Shown in pieces: positions 27,943 to 43,094 of a stretch of DNA of 64,000 nt (the first letter of the stretch is position 1; every line of letters starts with the position of its first letter). Source of the stretch: Adineta vaga (Eukaryota; Animalia; Rotifera); the NCBI GenBank assembly GCA_021613535.1, contig CP075492.1, forward strand, positions 4,092,001-4,156,000. Direction: 5' to 3'. Under the pieces are notes generated by a model. That model did not search any database. It saw only the letters and a program-made list of their open reading frames with translations, and had not been told where the DNA came from. The translations under genes were made by a program, and so were the position numbers.

Positions 27943-28774
27943 TTTTAGAACACAAATGAAATTTTAAAGAATATAGAACTCAATCGTATTTTTTGTTTGC
28001 CACTTGATAAAAACTTAGCGTAACAACTGTATGTCAGTGAGATCTTTGTTATGTCTTTGATATTCAAAAAGGAAGCTCATCGCATGGAATAAACAAGCAT
28101 CATTTAGCACCTTAATGATGGATAGACAATTGGAAACAACGTGAGAATATTCTAACATATAACTAAATTCATGGTGAGCATGTGGGGAAGGGTCCTATTT
28201 GAATAGTGGAATTCAACTATTGAGTTATTCTCTATTAAAGCATTTTCATACTCTTTTGCAACAGCCTTAAGGTGTATTTGATGTTCCCAATTAAAGGAAA
28301 CTCGACCTACATCCTCTCAAAACTTGCTTATTATAATCATGCCACTCTAATGATGGATGTAACCCTGAGAATGATATTATCATTAACGAGAAAAATTTTG
28401 TCTGTCGATGATGTAGATTTATTAAAACTAACATAATAATGGATGATAAGACATGATAAACAATAATTAACTCTTTGGAGACGGTTTTTTTTGAAGAAAA
28501 TAAGCTGTTTATTAGAGTGAAAATAGATGTTTATCCGATGGAAAATCACTATCAAAAGTGTTTTACAGTGTGATAAGCTTGAAGATCATCAATTAAGCAT
28601 AATGCAACATCACTTTCTTCACACTGATATCATGCATATTTGACTGATCGTTCACGTTAAATTGTATGAGAGTATAAATGACACTTTCGAAATACTAATA
28701 AATTACTTTACAGGGTATTTCTAATCAATTCTGATGTCCTTCAGTTGGTTTATACCACATCCGTGTCAAGAAGG

Positions 28775-30145
28775 TTAAAGAAAGAAATCTTTATTAAAGA
28801 ATGCATATAACAACGGGTTTAAACATGAATTAAAATATGACAATGCATGCGATATAACTCGACATAAATTGAGTAAAAACGTATGATTGGTATAAAATCC
28901 ATCTAATAAACGTTGGCAATTGAGAAATTCAAGTGTATGAATTGGAAGCCAACATAAAGCAAATGCACAGGTCAATGAAACTAATGTTCGTGTTACTCGA
29001 CGACGATTGGATGGAACACATAAACGAGTACCTAACAAACTGTTCTATCATGATCAAATGAAACAACAATCAAAGCTACGTATAGTAATTTCATGCTTTT
29101 TTGTTCTATCGAACTTACTTTATGTCGATTGATTGTTTCTGAACTTTTTCGCATGTAAAAAAATAATTTTGTATAACACAGAGAAATAACTATTAATGGT
29201 AGTATATAATAGGCGCAAAATGGAAAATAACATGAAGCAAAAAATGGATGATAAGCTGATACTGCACATGGATTTACTGGTACTATTTCAACATTAGATG
29301 TTGATGAAGAAAATGATGTATATGGAAATATGAAAGCAATGGATACTATAATAAAATTTAATAATCAATGTATATAAATTTCAATTCTATTTTACCAATC
29401 CAAATTATTATACAAATAATACAAGCATTTAATGGTGTTCGCCAAGGTGGACGTGGATGAGAACTGATTACATAAAGATAACGATCAACACTCATAACAG
29501 CCAATGTATAGCATGTTGCTTGAAGAAGAACCTGTAGAAATTGTATCTTTTATATCGGTTAAGCATTATGATACGTTACTTTCTTAATTAGTAAATAACT
29601 AACTATTCATATTAATCTATTATTCAGCTTTTAATTGTATTCGCGTATCCCTCGGTTTTTATCAATAATTCAAGAAAACTTGACACAATATTTTCTCTTC
29701 GAATATGTCCTTAGATATTTGCATGTAATCATATTCTAATCAATTCATACAAGTAACAGAGTAACATCTACATGTTTTCATTCAAAACTTACATAAGCAA
29801 GATAAACATGAACACGACAACTAAGAAGTCCATTGAGAATCCATTTATTTGTTAAACCCAAATAAGTTGTTAATGGTACAGAAATAAGTAAAAATAAAAG
29901 ATCTGTGATTGCTAAATTAATAATATAACAATTCGTAACAGATGTGTATTTTTGTTTCCAAAATGCTACAATTAGAACAATTGAATTGCCTATAGAAAAA
30001 AAACAAGGAATTATTGAATAGAACAGTCGAATCGATTACCAATCGTTCCCAAAACACAAATACAAACAAGAGTAACCACTGTTAAAATGTTAAGGAATGA
30101 ATTGGAATTATGTTCATCATGAATAAATGTTTCATTATATTCCAT
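28775..30145 (-). CDS. Rhodopsin-family peptide GPCR, galanin/kisspeptin/allatostatin-A receptor-like
   Basis: GN in TM1, TNCYIINLAITD, QATCYTLAVMSVDRY, CWLPIH and NSCLNPLLY across 5 exons. Confidence 0.85.
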
Positions 30146-33100
30146 TTGTTTATATCTAAATAGACAATTTCTAACGATTTCCTTCCATAAAATTGAGATT
30201 TCACTACCTATAGATGTTTAAATATAGTTTTTATAACAAAAGAAAAATTTCCTAACGTAAACCTTTTGATAAAACTAACTATATGTTTTTTTTAAGTTAA
30301 TGACTCTCACTTATTGTTAAAAATAGAGGAAATAGAAAGCAATTACTTTCAATTGTTTACAATACAATTAAAGACTACTACAGATAAGAAACACATTAGA
30401 ATAGACGATGTTACTTTTCATCACCTAATTACTTAGATTTTCTATCAAAATAAGCCGAAAAATACTCTTTCTAATTTTTTTTTGTGAATGAATCGAAGGT
30501 AATTCTATTTATATCGAAAAATGTGACAGTACCGACTAATAATCACATATTTACTAGAGGGAGTTCTCTTTCAAGTGAATGTAAATCTGTCTCGTTCGCA
30601 TCATATAATTTCCGTCAAAATGTTCTTTTTTTCTTTGAAGTCGATAAAGTTTCTTATTTCGTATACTTGTTATTTCTTATTCTATATTTCCGTTGTTGAT
30701 GACTTACAAATCTATGGATTAGAAAAGAAAAGGTTTCGACGTTGATCGTTGATAATGAAAAATGACAAGCCATTGATTTCTTTGTTACAGAAAAAACGCC
30801 GTTGATTTTTATTATTTCTTCAATAATTTATGTAGGAAAAAATAAGAATCTAATAGATAGATTTACATCTTTGATTAACTCTTCGTGATAAAATCAGTAG
30901 AAAGAGTATTACTGTGTCATGTATAGAACTATTTTGTCTTCTGATTAACTTATTAACGACAATTACTAGGGAAATTAATGATATGCTGATGTTGTTGCAG
31001 AAATAAAATTGAATGCGAACAGAAGAAGATTGAAAGCAAATGTCAAAATATAAGATCGCTATTTTTTTTCTTTTGAATGAATTGTTAAACTTGATGAATA
31101 TTCTTCAGACAAGTTTAATATTATGCTTAAAAAAATGAAGAAGTCGCTCGTTACAATTAAATACTTTACCAAGTACTTAATTATATTGTTCGGAATTGAA
31201 AACAACTATTGGAAAGGAAGGTAGGATATATCTCCGACGTTATTAAATACTGAATAAAATGATTGCTTCAATTCATAGATAAATTGTTGCATTACGTTTC
31301 GATTGACTTCTGTCGCTATTTACGTATACATTTAAATTTTTAGTCTTGACATTCTAATTCATAAAATGTAAATAATTAAGCAGAAAAAGATTCATTATCA
31401 ATTCACGTTTGATTAAAGTTGACATCAGTGTATGAGAAAAAATAGAATTATTATTTCTAGTCTTCAACTTTTGTGGATCGGACAGAAAAACTGTATATAA
31501 CTTACATGAAACAAACTTACTAGTTAACAAATCATTGTTTTAACAGCTGAATAATATTCAATAAAATATGGCAAATCTCTTGACTTCGAACATGTGTTAT
31601 CGTACGTGCTTTTGTATAAATTCCTAACGCTCTTATAAAACGATCTTTTGGGATATTCTTTATAATAATTATTTATTTTTCTTTTCGATTCCATATGGAA
31701 TATTTATGTTTAGCATCAAGTTCGATCATGCATTAGCATTGTATGCAAAGGCTCGTAGAAAAATATAAATTCAACTTGATGATAATTTTTTACCCTATTT
31801 GTTCTAAAAGCAGAATTTTCATTGGGAAATCATTATAGTTAATCAAATTTTACATTCATAAAGTATCAAAATGAGTACAACTAATCTTGTGCAAATTATT
31901 TTAAATACATCGAAAGATTCGATTTCGTTACTTGCTTTTAATCATCAAAACATCAATTTCACATAAATCTCTCAGCACAATCATTGAATATGCTGGAAAT
32001 ATGAACTGGCGAACATCTTCAAATTCATAAAGAAAGTATCTAATTTATACTCATGTTTACATATAATTAGACAACATTGGAGAACAACTATATTATCCAT
32101 ATGCATTTCTTGCAATGACATTCTTCCTGCGGATATTTTTATCATGTTTATGTCTGGAGATCTCTTCGAGAATTATTTTTATCTAAGACAGTTATCAGAC
32201 ACGTTCAACGTTGTGCTTAATCAATGAGAAAGCCATAGAAAGAAAGTATACAAACTTACTTTCAAATATTTGAATTGTCAATAACATAAAAGAATGAATC
32301 AATGCATATTGAGTACTAATCATGCAGACAATTTCCTTGGAGAGCACTCTCTTTTTAATCGATTTTATCATGATAAAACTTATTATAACTAAAGACAATT
32401 CATCCATTGATTTCTAATCATAACCAATTATCTTTAGAAGTTCATTTGTCCCTTATTGTAATATGAAGTTCAAGTCAACAATTTCTCATGGAAAACATTT
32501 GTATTTCAATGAATTATCCTAACGGAAGAATAAAAATCAATGTTTATTCTGTCAATATGACTCAATTTCTTTGAGTAAACGGATGTCAAAAAAAAATCGA
32601 GAAAAGAACAACAACAACAACAATTGCATTTATTCTTATTTTTTCTCGTTCATCAATGCAGTTGATGCTTCTCGTCTATTTATTCCTTGTAGACATTAAT
32701 ACGGACGTCAGATAAGAAATAGAAAAGACTCAATTTTACTATTCGTAATCCTCTCTCTATTCTCTTCCTTTCTCTCTTTCTTTCTTCTCTTTTTATATTC
32801 TGCTATACAAATTTCGTGATATTCTGATCAGAAGTCTATGTGTTTGTTTGAATGAATAGAAATATAATTGAATTTCGAGATGTCTAAGCTTGTATTAGCA
32901 CGTTGAACAAAACATTCAATGATGATAATCGCATGTGTGTATAAAAAACGGAAGCTTTGATTTACCGCATACATCGGAAAAGAGAAAGAGAGAAAAAAGA
33001 AGAATGAACTTTCAACAAGGCAATAGAAAGAGTTTTTTCACCGATAAACGAGCCAGAAAAAGAGAGAAAAAAAGAAAAACTGCTAACGAGACGCAAAGGC

Positions 33101-33567
33101 GAGGAATGTCATCATCATCATCATCCTCTCTCACAACACACTTGTTTCCTTCTCTCTTTCCTCCCGGCAAATAGGGCGATGGTGATGGGTGACATTTCGT
33201 TTGGATCGAGAGTACAACACACACATACATATACACATCCCATCAAACTGTTCGGATGAAACATATATGCATATACACATTTATTATGACAAGCGTTATA
33301 TCTCTTTCTATATCAGTTAGATTTGCTTTTGATGAATAAATCTAACAACGTAGAATCTATTCTTAGAAAGTAGAGATGTTCGTGATATTTTAACAAATTA
33401 TTCTTTATAAAGATTTGACTTATTTCTCTTAAAGTCAATATTATTTTTATTCTTGAGAAGAAAATTCTTTTAATTTCGATGTTTTGACACGTTTCTGACC
33501 AAATAGATTGATTTAGTTAATTAAAACTCGTCTCATTTCTCGTTGAATTTGCAGATTGTACTAAGTC

Positions 33568-34105
33568 ATGACGACAATGGATATAAACAACGAAACACTT
33601 GCACATTTTATAATGATCAATCAGATGGTAACAACAACTGGATGTACACATGAACAAGCAACACAATTATTGATCTCAACGGAATGGAGACTCGAGGTTC
33701 AATTGAATTTATTTTGATCCAATAAGAATCACAACAAAATTTTATATTCTAGACAGCTATTAATCTATTCTTTGACGAACGAACTATGCCGATTCCATGC
33801 TGCAAATTTTCAGAAGTAAATTATTTCTTTCTTTTCATATTCTATTCTAATTATCTTATTTATATTAGTTGATGACCCCAGCAAATACTCCGGCAACACC
33901 ACCGAATTTTCCTGACACTCTTCTTTCATTAAATAGATTATCGACATCAAATGGTACACCACCACCACCACTACCATCATCATCATCATCATCATTGGTA
34001 ACGACAAATGAAAATCAAATATCTTCAACAACGACGACAACAAATCATTCATTATCATCATCACCAATGACTATGACAATGATGATGATGGATGGAACTG
34101 TTTAG
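33568..34105 (+). CDS. UBA-like domain protein (UBALD/FAM100 family)
   Basis: MINQMVTTTGCTHEQATQLLISTEWRLETAINLFF and MTPANTPATPPNFPD. Confidence 0.85.
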
Positions 34106-34288
34106 AACAAGGATATCTTTTCAAACATTTATTTTAATAAGAAACATTTCAATCTAGAAAATAAATCTTGGGATAGAACGGGCGTTTTATTTCGTAATCT
34201 TATTGTCTTTTATCTTCTCACATCGCGATGTAAGTACTACAAACTATATGAAATGAAAAAAAAAGAAAAGAAGAGAAAACCACGGAGT

Positions 34289-36391
34289 TTATGCTCGTAA
34301 ATCATCAATATATGGCATTGATTTAAGATTTCCAATCGAAACTAAGGTTGGTTGTTTTCCATTTAACATTTTCTTTGCTAATTGATTGACTGAATCATGG
34401 GAATAATCTCCTTGTTCTAATTGTCCAACGAGTGATTGAACATCAGTTAGTCGATCACTAATATCGGGTTGAGTTAACATCTTTGAGAAGACATCAGATG
34501 ATTGTTCAGCTGTCATTTGAAGATTAACTTGAAGTTTCTTCCTACAAAATCAATCAATTCAATTGTATGAGATGAATATTTCGAATAACATTGACTTACT
34601 TAGCAGCAGCTAAATCATCTTTATTGATACCACTTTTTAAAACTTTGCTAAATTCATTCCAAACAGCTTTAACTACTTTATTAGCATCATTTTTGTCACA
34701 CATCATATGAACACCGAATAAACCAGCTTCAGTATAATGAAGATTAAATGATGAAACCTGTAAAAACAAAATTATTTTCAGTTGAATGAAATCTCATGTT
34801 AAAAACTCAGTAATTCGATATTTAAAAATGGTTTCTTAAGAATATGATCCAAAAATAGGGTAGACTTACTAAACATGGTGCATCAGCAACTGCTTGAGCA
34901 GCACGTTGAAGTCGATTTGAACCAGCTGACCATTTTATATTTGGACCTTTTCCCATAACTTCATTTAATAATGAACTTGTTAAAACACCTTTTTCATCTT
35001 TTGAACTAGAGAGAAATTTGTTCATAATTAATTAAGAATTAGATCTTTTCTTCTTTTTAATTACCTAACACCTTCGCATGCTAATGCAATATGAACTAAA
35101 CTTGATTGAGTATCACGTCGAATTTCTCCTATCAGAATAAATTTAATTATAGAGAAATTAAGTAGAAGAAAATGAAAACAAACCTCCTTTATATTTCGAT
35201 GGTTCTGGTTCAGAATCAATTAATTTCAAATTTCCAAAACCTGGTGTATAAACACAATCCAATGGTGAAAAACGAAATTTATCCGCTAATTGAACGAGTG
35301 TTTGATGATTACAACCAGTTCCAACTAAAGATATTCGTTCCGGTGTATAATAATGGGAATGAAACGTATACATCTATGAAAATGATTATAAATAGTTAAG
35401 AATTGAATTATATGGAATGATTTACTTGTCTGTGGGAGAGCTTTTTCATCATATCCGGACAAACGGATAATGCTCGACTTAAACCACCTTTGAATGCTGC
35501 TTCATGAAGAAGATCGTTTAATTCTTAAAACAAAACAAGATGTTTCATTTGATGAAATGACAAATCACATACGTAATTCCGGTGATTGTAAATAAAGTTT
35601 ATGATCAACTTCTAATCGTTCATGTTCATCATGAATTTCATATGGTTTAAACATTGGATAACAAACAATCGGAATTAAAAATTGTGCTCCATGTGTTCTA
35701 AATAAAACATAATGATGAAGTATATGTTTACATGTATATAGATCTCTACAATTCATTTCGAAGACCTTCAATTGAATAAATCATTTGTTCGCGAGTTTGG
35801 ATACATCTATTTAAGAACAAGAAAACAATATTATTTGCAATATTTTGTTTCAAAAATTTTGATTTACTTGAAGTTGGCACCGAGACGTTCCAAATTTTTT
35901 GTTAAACCATGGCGACTAACATATTTTGTGCTCTTAATTGAAATAGTATTTTGTCTAAATGTTATTTCAAAATTTCTGTATTACCATGTTGGAGAACACT
36001 CGAAGAAGTGTTGTAACACCTCGGCTTTCATACGGTTCATATCTTGCTCCAGCGTCTACAACAGCTGCTACACGAAAGATTGGTGAATTATTTTCCATTG
36101 AAGCCACGACCATTCCATTTTGTAATTTAGTTACCTATATAAATATTCTCATAGGAACTTCAAGATAGACAAAACCTTCGCTTACATTTATACTTTCCTT
36201 TGGTAATTTAACCCGTTGTGGAATACCATATTGACCAGTTTTTGTTTGAGGAGCACTTCTTTGACTGGCCGTTGAGGCAACAGCAGCTGATGATGATGCA
36301 CGACGCTATAAGAATGAAATGAAATTAGAGCTTTGTTTAAGTCGCAAAAATAACTAACCAGAGCGTTAAGACTATATTTGCAAGTTGCCAT
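34289..36391 (-). CDS. UQCRC2: Cytochrome b-c1 complex core subunit 2 (M16 family)
   Basis: Presequence; VTKLQNGMVVASMENNSP, AGARYE, YTEAGLFG; C-terminal GNLKSMPYIDDL. Confidence 0.85.
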
Positions 36392-36490
36392 CGACGTAAA
36401 TAAAACGAATAAATAAACTAGAAGAAGAAATAATATAATCAAACCATAATAAGCATATTTCGTCCTCGACTGACTCGCAGGCTATTTCCT

Positions 36491-36514
36491 ATTGGTTAAT
36501 CAAATCTAACCAAT
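36491..36514. promoter_or_regulatory. ATTGG-N14-CCAAT dyad upstream of UQCRC2
   Basis: 100 nt upstream of the minus-strand ATG at 36391. Confidence 0.55.
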
Positions 36515-36941
36515 GAATATTACTTTCCGCATTGGGAAAAGAATTCGCTGAGACTTTCTTGTTCTTTATTATTTTTAATACAGATAAATATTTGAAATGT
36601 ACCGAGAAATGTTCATTGCATAATAAACATTTACATAGACGTATTTTGAGTGAACGAAGAGACATTAAAAAGTCGACTATATTGATGATTTTGCACATTT
36701 TTAATGCATACTGTCTGTATACCTAAATTTCTCATTTGATGCTTTCAGTTCTGTTTTTGTCTGATGGATTTTCATTCTTTACAATTTGATGCGTTTAATA
36801 TTTATGAAAGAATCGAATATGAGAAGTACGTCGTAAATATATTATTCATTATATTGAGATTTATTTTATTTTGAATTGAAGAAAAATATATTCAAAAAAA
36901 TGATAAAATGGACGGAAATGTTATTTATTTTTATTTTATCA

Positions 36942-37630
36942 CTAATAATGTGGATATTTGCGTGATAAAGAAGCATTGACTGGTTTCGCAGCTCGGACAT
37001 CATCGGTATCAGTTCCTTGTTGTTGTTGTTCTTCTGCTTCATTATCTGATGAAGTGGAGCTACTACTACTACTATCACTATTTGTGGACGATTTACCATC
37101 GTCATTATCATCGTCATCTAAATGAGTCAACATAGACAATAACAGCTTAAACATTTTTATACGTCTTACCACTTGTATCATCATCATCATCATCCGATGA
37201 GGAAGATGATGAAGATTGTTCATGTGCTAACATATAATCAATCAATGGTGCAAATTGTTGAGCTTCAGCATTATCCGGTTCATACATCAACATAAATTGA
37301 CATAATTTCTTCGCCACTTCCCATTTTCGAAACATAATTGAATTAATAAACTAAATCAAAAACAAACGTAAATGCATGAAATGATTTTTCTTTATTTCTT
37401 ACTTCCATTTTCAATTGCATTGGAGCACGGATCGGTTCATCATCATCACTTGATGAAGATTCTTCTATTTCTTCATCTAAATCTATTAATTTTCAACAAA
37501 TCAATCTCATTTGAATAAACATACTCTTTTTATGATGATTTCCATTCGTTGTCGCTACTGGTGTATCTTTCTTTGTCTTCCCATTACTTGTCTTGATTCG
37601 ATTAGCACTATTAGCCGTTGAACGGGACAT
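36942..37630 (-). CDS. ERICH2: Glutamate-rich protein 2-like, intact copy
   Basis: IRAPMQLKME|FINSIMFRKWEVAKKLCQFMLMYEPDNAEA followed by acidic/Ser-rich tracts. Confidence 0.7.
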
Positions 37631-37749
37631 TCTCTCTTCTTCTTATCTGAAAACAAACACAAAAATCTTCGATAACATTCTCTTATCAATGCTAATAATC
37701 AACAACTGGTTGTTCTTTTATTTCAGAAAAGAATAAATATATATTTTAT

Positions 37750-38060
37750 TCTACGTATTCAAAAGCACCAGGTGGTTTTCTTGTAACATTCTTTAGTTCG
37801 GAGTCGAATGGTAATATTGAAATAAATTATGATTTGTTATCTTCAACAATTTCTTTTCCTGATTGCGTTCGTTTTTCAATTTCACGTGATAAATCACTTG
37901 GATTAATCCATGAACGAGATTCCTTCTTCAACATTCAGAACTTGTGAGCAAATACGTTCATCTTGACGATACATGAACTTACTTGACCATATTAATCAAT
38001 TGTTTAAATTCTTGTTCCAATTGTGTATAAGGTGCTGGTGGATCTTTTTGTTTTCTTTCA
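37750..38060 (-). pseudogene. Degenerate MRPS26 copy
   Basis: Deleted remnants KDPPAPYT/EQEFKQLINMV, SRSWINPSDLSREIE and RKPPGA; homologous to 62400-63052. Confidence 0.85.
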
Positions 38061-38346
38061 GTGGACTCTAAACAAAAAGACGAAATGATTAAATGTACCT
38101 TTGAAAAGAAGAAGAAAAATCTTACGAGAACAAGATTTTCAGCACGACCTTTACCACGATAAATTGGTGGAACATAAGTATGTTGAAAATCAATTGTACT
38201 ACCATTGAGTTCATAGGTTAAATATGCTTCAAACATGAAGACTTCTATCGAAAAATCAAGATGAGAAAACAAATACTTTTATCAATCGATGCTTTATTCA
38301 ATTCAATTTTGAATTCGCTGTTAGTTTTATCATGAACATCATCCAT
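38061..38346 (-). pseudogene. Truncated NATD1-like copy, joined by deletion to the MRPS26 relic
   Basis: AYLTYELNGSTIDFQHTYVPPIYRGKGRAE is retained; exon 3 is lost. Confidence 0.8.
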
Positions 38347-39336
38347 CTTCGTGATGTGACTAGTTAGTTTTTTATTCCGATAAATAACCATGGAAAATAT
38401 ATCAATCCAATGAAGGAACTATAGAGGTCACTCTTAGCGATGAATATGTTTTATATCTAACCACACGTGTATTTTGAAATTATCCTTGATTGTTACAAAA
38501 CGTCTATCTGTCTTCCTTTATTTTTTGCTTAATCGGTTTCTTTCTTTTGGCGTGGGTGTAGATAATTAGCTAGTCTTAACTCCACCACCCCCACCCTCAA
38601 AATGGGTACTATACCTGAATAGGTCAAATAATTAAAACAGTTGAGATCAACTTTCATGTTTGATACCACTGATAGGATGACGATTCTCAACAATTAATGC
38701 AAGGTCATCCCAAAATTTTTTAAATTTATAGACAGTGGTACTATCGGATGGATTCGAATCTCGACTAAAATGAGCATCTCTTTTTTAGTCTATAGATTTA
38801 TTCGTTGGACCGTACAATAATTCGATTAATCGATCAAAATGAATACAAATGTGCTTGGTGACCATTTGATACCATAACTAATGTTGATTTTAATGAAGAA
38901 TCTTCATTAATATAGAGCCACTATTAAGTGATTCATGAAAGTATCACTTTAAAGTTACTATGAGATTGGATACAGTCTCGAGAAATTCTTTCTAGATGTT
39001 TCCAACGTTGTTTTATTTTCTGCAATACATTCATAAAACTTCATTAACTTTCAAAATATTCTGTCGGCCTGAATGTGCCGAGTTTATTCATTTTAGTCAT
39101 TTTGTTAATTTTAATCAAACCTTTAGGTATAGCATTATAATACTCACGAACCGAAAAGGCCTTTTGCGTTGTAGAAGGATAAAAGTGCTTCGACGATTGC
39201 ATTTTTGATGTGCTGTTGATATAAAAAAAACTGAGAGAACGAAAAAAAACGTGTACTACATGTAAGGTAGCGTCAAGAATAGAATAGTTATTATTACGAA
39301 AAAGTAAAAATTATTTTCACTTACGTAAAACAGTCG

Positions 39337-40488
39337 ATGTCCACGGTTGCGCGTTTAAAAAAATTGGTATTTCTCGTTGTGATTGCAGCCGTTGCTGTAC
39401 CATTACAATATGGATCAACAAATCATAAATATCTTATAATGCGATTGTTGCATTCAACATTAACACTAAAGAATTGTTTCGTGGTAGATCAAAATCGACA
39501 AACACTTAGTCCAGCTTATCGTGCTTTCGAAGAAATGCTAAAAATGAATCCAACACAATCCTTTGCCCATTCAACAGACCCATTGAGAACGATTCAAAAG
39601 GTACGTGCTGGTTTTTCATTTAGCAACATAATTCCTAAGCCATCTAGTTGTAATATTACGAAAGAAGCATTTGTGCATGATGGACATAATGTAGATGCAT
39701 ACTGGATTGATCATCGTCAAAAAGATGTACGAAAACAATCGGAGAAAATTATACTTTATTTTCATGGTGGTGGTTATATGTTAGGTGACGTCAATGGTAA
39801 GTTATCCTGCATTTGGAGAGCAATGAAATAATCTTATATTTAATAGTTTATAGTGGAGTAGAATGCCATTTGTCTCAACTATTCAATTTACCTATTCTTC
39901 ATCTAGAATATCGTCTTATTCCGGAACATCCCGCACCCTCTGCTGTTGAAGATGCTGTAGCGATCTATCGTGCTCTTCTCGCTCAGAATGTATCACCATC
40001 TCAAATCTTTATTATGGGCGATTCAGCTGGAGGTGGACTAGCTCTCTTAACAATTCAAGCGTTAATTAGTCATCAACTACCTGTTCCGCGTGGTATTATC
40101 ACTATTGCGCCATGGGCTGATCTTTCATTATCTGGTGAAAGTTACACTCGTAATCAACTTACAGATGTGATGCTAAGAACAGATAATACCAAATGGCAAA
40201 CTAAAGTAATTGTGGATACACATAGATCAAAACGTTTACCAACTGATCCGATTTTTAGTCCTCTTTTTGGTTCATTCAAAGGATTTCCACCAATGTATGT
40301 GAATGTTGGCACAGCTGACACACTAGAAGATGATGCAAGAGGAGTTGTCAAAAAGCACAAGAAGCAGGCGTTAGTGTTACATTCGAAGCAGGTTTACACC
40401 TGATGCATGTTTATCCAATATTCTTTTTATATTTTCCCGAAGCGCGTCATACACTCGATAACATTAATAAATGGATTCATTCGATCTA
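39337..40488 (+). CDS. HSL/GDXG-family alpha/beta hydrolase (esterase), possible HGT, with a 1-nt frameshift near 40352
   Basis: YFHGGGY and GDSAGG motifs; intron about 39797-39846. The C-terminal GLHLMHVYP...KWIHSI* lies in a shifted frame. Confidence 0.8.
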
Positions 40489-41397
40489 ATCACAAGTTAT
40501 TGAAAAGAAGGATAGTTTTTTGCTTTTTCAAAGCTAACTGGACAAATTAGAAGAGTTCGTTTTTTTATATTATGTTTCTTTAGTAAATAAAAGATAGAAC
40601 TTCGTAAGAAAATGCAAAAGAAATTATCCAATTTAAGAAATTTGGATTTAACCAATACAGAATAATTGACACCTATTAGTACTGATCTACAAAACTTTTT
40701 TCTCGACTTTTCGTTACCTTTCGATATTTCAATGCATCTATTTTTCTCTTAGTTGAATATGTGATGAGATATACATTGCGCAATTCCTATGTATAGTTAC
40801 GAAAACTGAGAAAGTCAATCACAAACTGATGAATAAAACAAACATTGAGGGTGTGGTTTAGGAGCTTGGACTCATTGTACACCCACCCTCAAATGTATCA
40901 ACACATGCAAACAATGAATACGCTACATGGACTTGATGTGTTTCCTGATTTAACTGTTGTGGACAATACATCAAATAACTAATCTTCATAATTGTCTATA
41001 TTCATTTTCTTTTATGGTTGCTAATCTCATCGGAAGTGAACAAATGAAATACTCGTTCATTAATTATTCTATATGTGTATGTCACATGGAAACCTTTTTA
41101 TTATTATATGTTTTACTATCAACAGCACTGCAGGATTGACGAATATGTTAATTTTCTTTTATATTAGAGACATTCGCGTGATGTTAGAAATCGATGTGTA
41201 AGCAAATATAACTATTAAATACTCTAATAGAGATCAAGTAGTTTTTCGGATAGTTTATTAATTAATTTTGTGACGTGAAAGACATCTGCCTCTCACAATG
41301 GCGCCGTTTTCAACACTATACCTCATTGATTCATCTTGAGGGTGTTAAGTTGCTGCGATTTTCGTTATCTTTCTTTACGAAACTCTGTTTCAAAGAT

Positions 41398-42068
41398 AGC
41401 TGTCATCAATTCCAATTCTAGAATTGGTCGGGATTACTATAGAATTGGAATTGAAATTAAAAGATATTGGTATGGAATTGGTACATGTCTATTCTTCTAT
41501 TTTAAGTAGTAAAAAAAGTATCTATGATTTCTATGGACAAGGTTCGAGCGGAAAAATGGAAAATGTCAGTAAAATAAATCTCGAAAACAAAGCATCGGGA
41601 AAGCGTAGGAAAATATGGAAAAGTGGTGAATTTTGGAAAAAACCTGCGTGTATAAGGAGTGAAAAGAAGATAGAAAGAAAAATTTAGAAGAAATCCAAAT
41701 TGAATTTATGAGGATGTTTCAACTGATCAGTATTTTCATTTTTGCGAAGATTGTCTACAATCACTGTTGTGTTTCCACTGATCGGCTTCAAAGTTTATAG
41801 TCATCCCTCGGGAATGAGTTCTTTGTGTGTGGTGGTGGATATAAGGATGTTAGCGTATGAGTATTTATAGAGGTGAAAGTGTGAATATTCGATACTCACA
41901 GCCATCTTTAGTACTCAACTCTCAATGATAAAATCAAAACCAACAAGTAAGCATATGGTTATGTGATACTGACTGACGGATCTGAAAATGGGCAGTGGTA
42001 CTATTGCCTGTATTATTTGACTGAATAACGTTCGTCATGATGTTTTATTAAAACCGGAATTGACAGCT
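41398..42068. mobile_element. Possible decayed TIR element
   Basis: AGCTGTCA(TC)AATTCC at the left and GGAATTGACAGCT at the right, with GAATTG repeats near the left end; no TSD recognised. Confidence 0.3.
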
Positions 42069-43021
42069 TGCTTTTCGATATTTTATCTGTTTACATTTTC
42101 CGACGGCTTACGTTTTCTTCTCGACGTTTATCTTTTCAAGTGGTATACGATATACTTTTCCCTTTCGATATTTAACACTAAATCCTTTCATTTTCAGGTG
42201 CTGCACATGAACTAGACAATATAAATGTATGATTTTGTTCAAGATTACAAATATATATATATATCATAATTTTTTTATAGCTTGTTTCTGGCAAAATTTT
42301 AAATGGATTCGAAGTATTTGAACTTCTCAGTAAAAGTATGTTCAATTGAAATTTTAAACAGTTGAAATAACGTTGTCTTTGCGCTTTTCAGGTATGTACG
42401 CTGGTGATCGGGTTGGTGGTACTCCACTTAATGATGTTATCATCTATACAAGTGGAGAGAAATAGGTTTTTTATGTTAATAAATAATAAAAACATTCATC
42501 TTTTGTTTTATCTGCTTTCTATCAGATGATATCAAAATTTCTCTCAAGATAAATTCATAGACTAGCTTTGAGGGTATAGGGGAAGAAACGATTTAAGGAA
42601 CATTCCACTGTGATTAATCAGAAATGCACCAGACGAAGTGATTCAGTGATGTGAATAATAGTATGAGGTTGATATGAGAAACGACAATTAAGTGTTATTG
42701 TGATATGTTGAAGTAGTAAAATGATGTTTTTGTTGAAAGTAATTATATTGAATATACAGCTGAAAAACGGATATATCTAGTTTTTATTTATCACAATGAT
42801 ATGCATGATCATCTTTTCTCTATATTTTACATCAAAATATTTAACAGTATCGGAACCATATTATCATTGTAGTTAATTCTATTGAAGAAGCCAAGATGAT
42901 TTGTCGTTGGCCTTTTAAAGTTTTAGGCAAAATTCATTGCAAAACAAACATAAATTTTTACTTTAAGACCGAAGTATGATATACATTTAGATAAAAAAAA
43001 AGAATTTTGGTCAAAAAATAG

Positions 43022-43094
43022 TGCCCCGGGTGAGGATCGAACTCACGACCTTCAGATTATGAGACTGACGCTCTACCGACTGAGCCACCGCGGC
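43022..43094 (-). tRNA. tRNA-Met(CAT), elongator type
   Basis: Exact reverse complement of 54893-54965; followed by a T-run terminator. Confidence 0.95.

Noticed and set aside
30200-33500. Short ORFs and GA/CAT low-complexity tracts between the GPCR and UBALD
   Set aside because: No motifs or coherent exon chain; consistent with divergent upstream regions.
36391-36942. ERICH2-UQCRC2 as a further operon link
   Set aside because: The gap is about 550 nt and UQCRC2 has its own CCAAT dyad.
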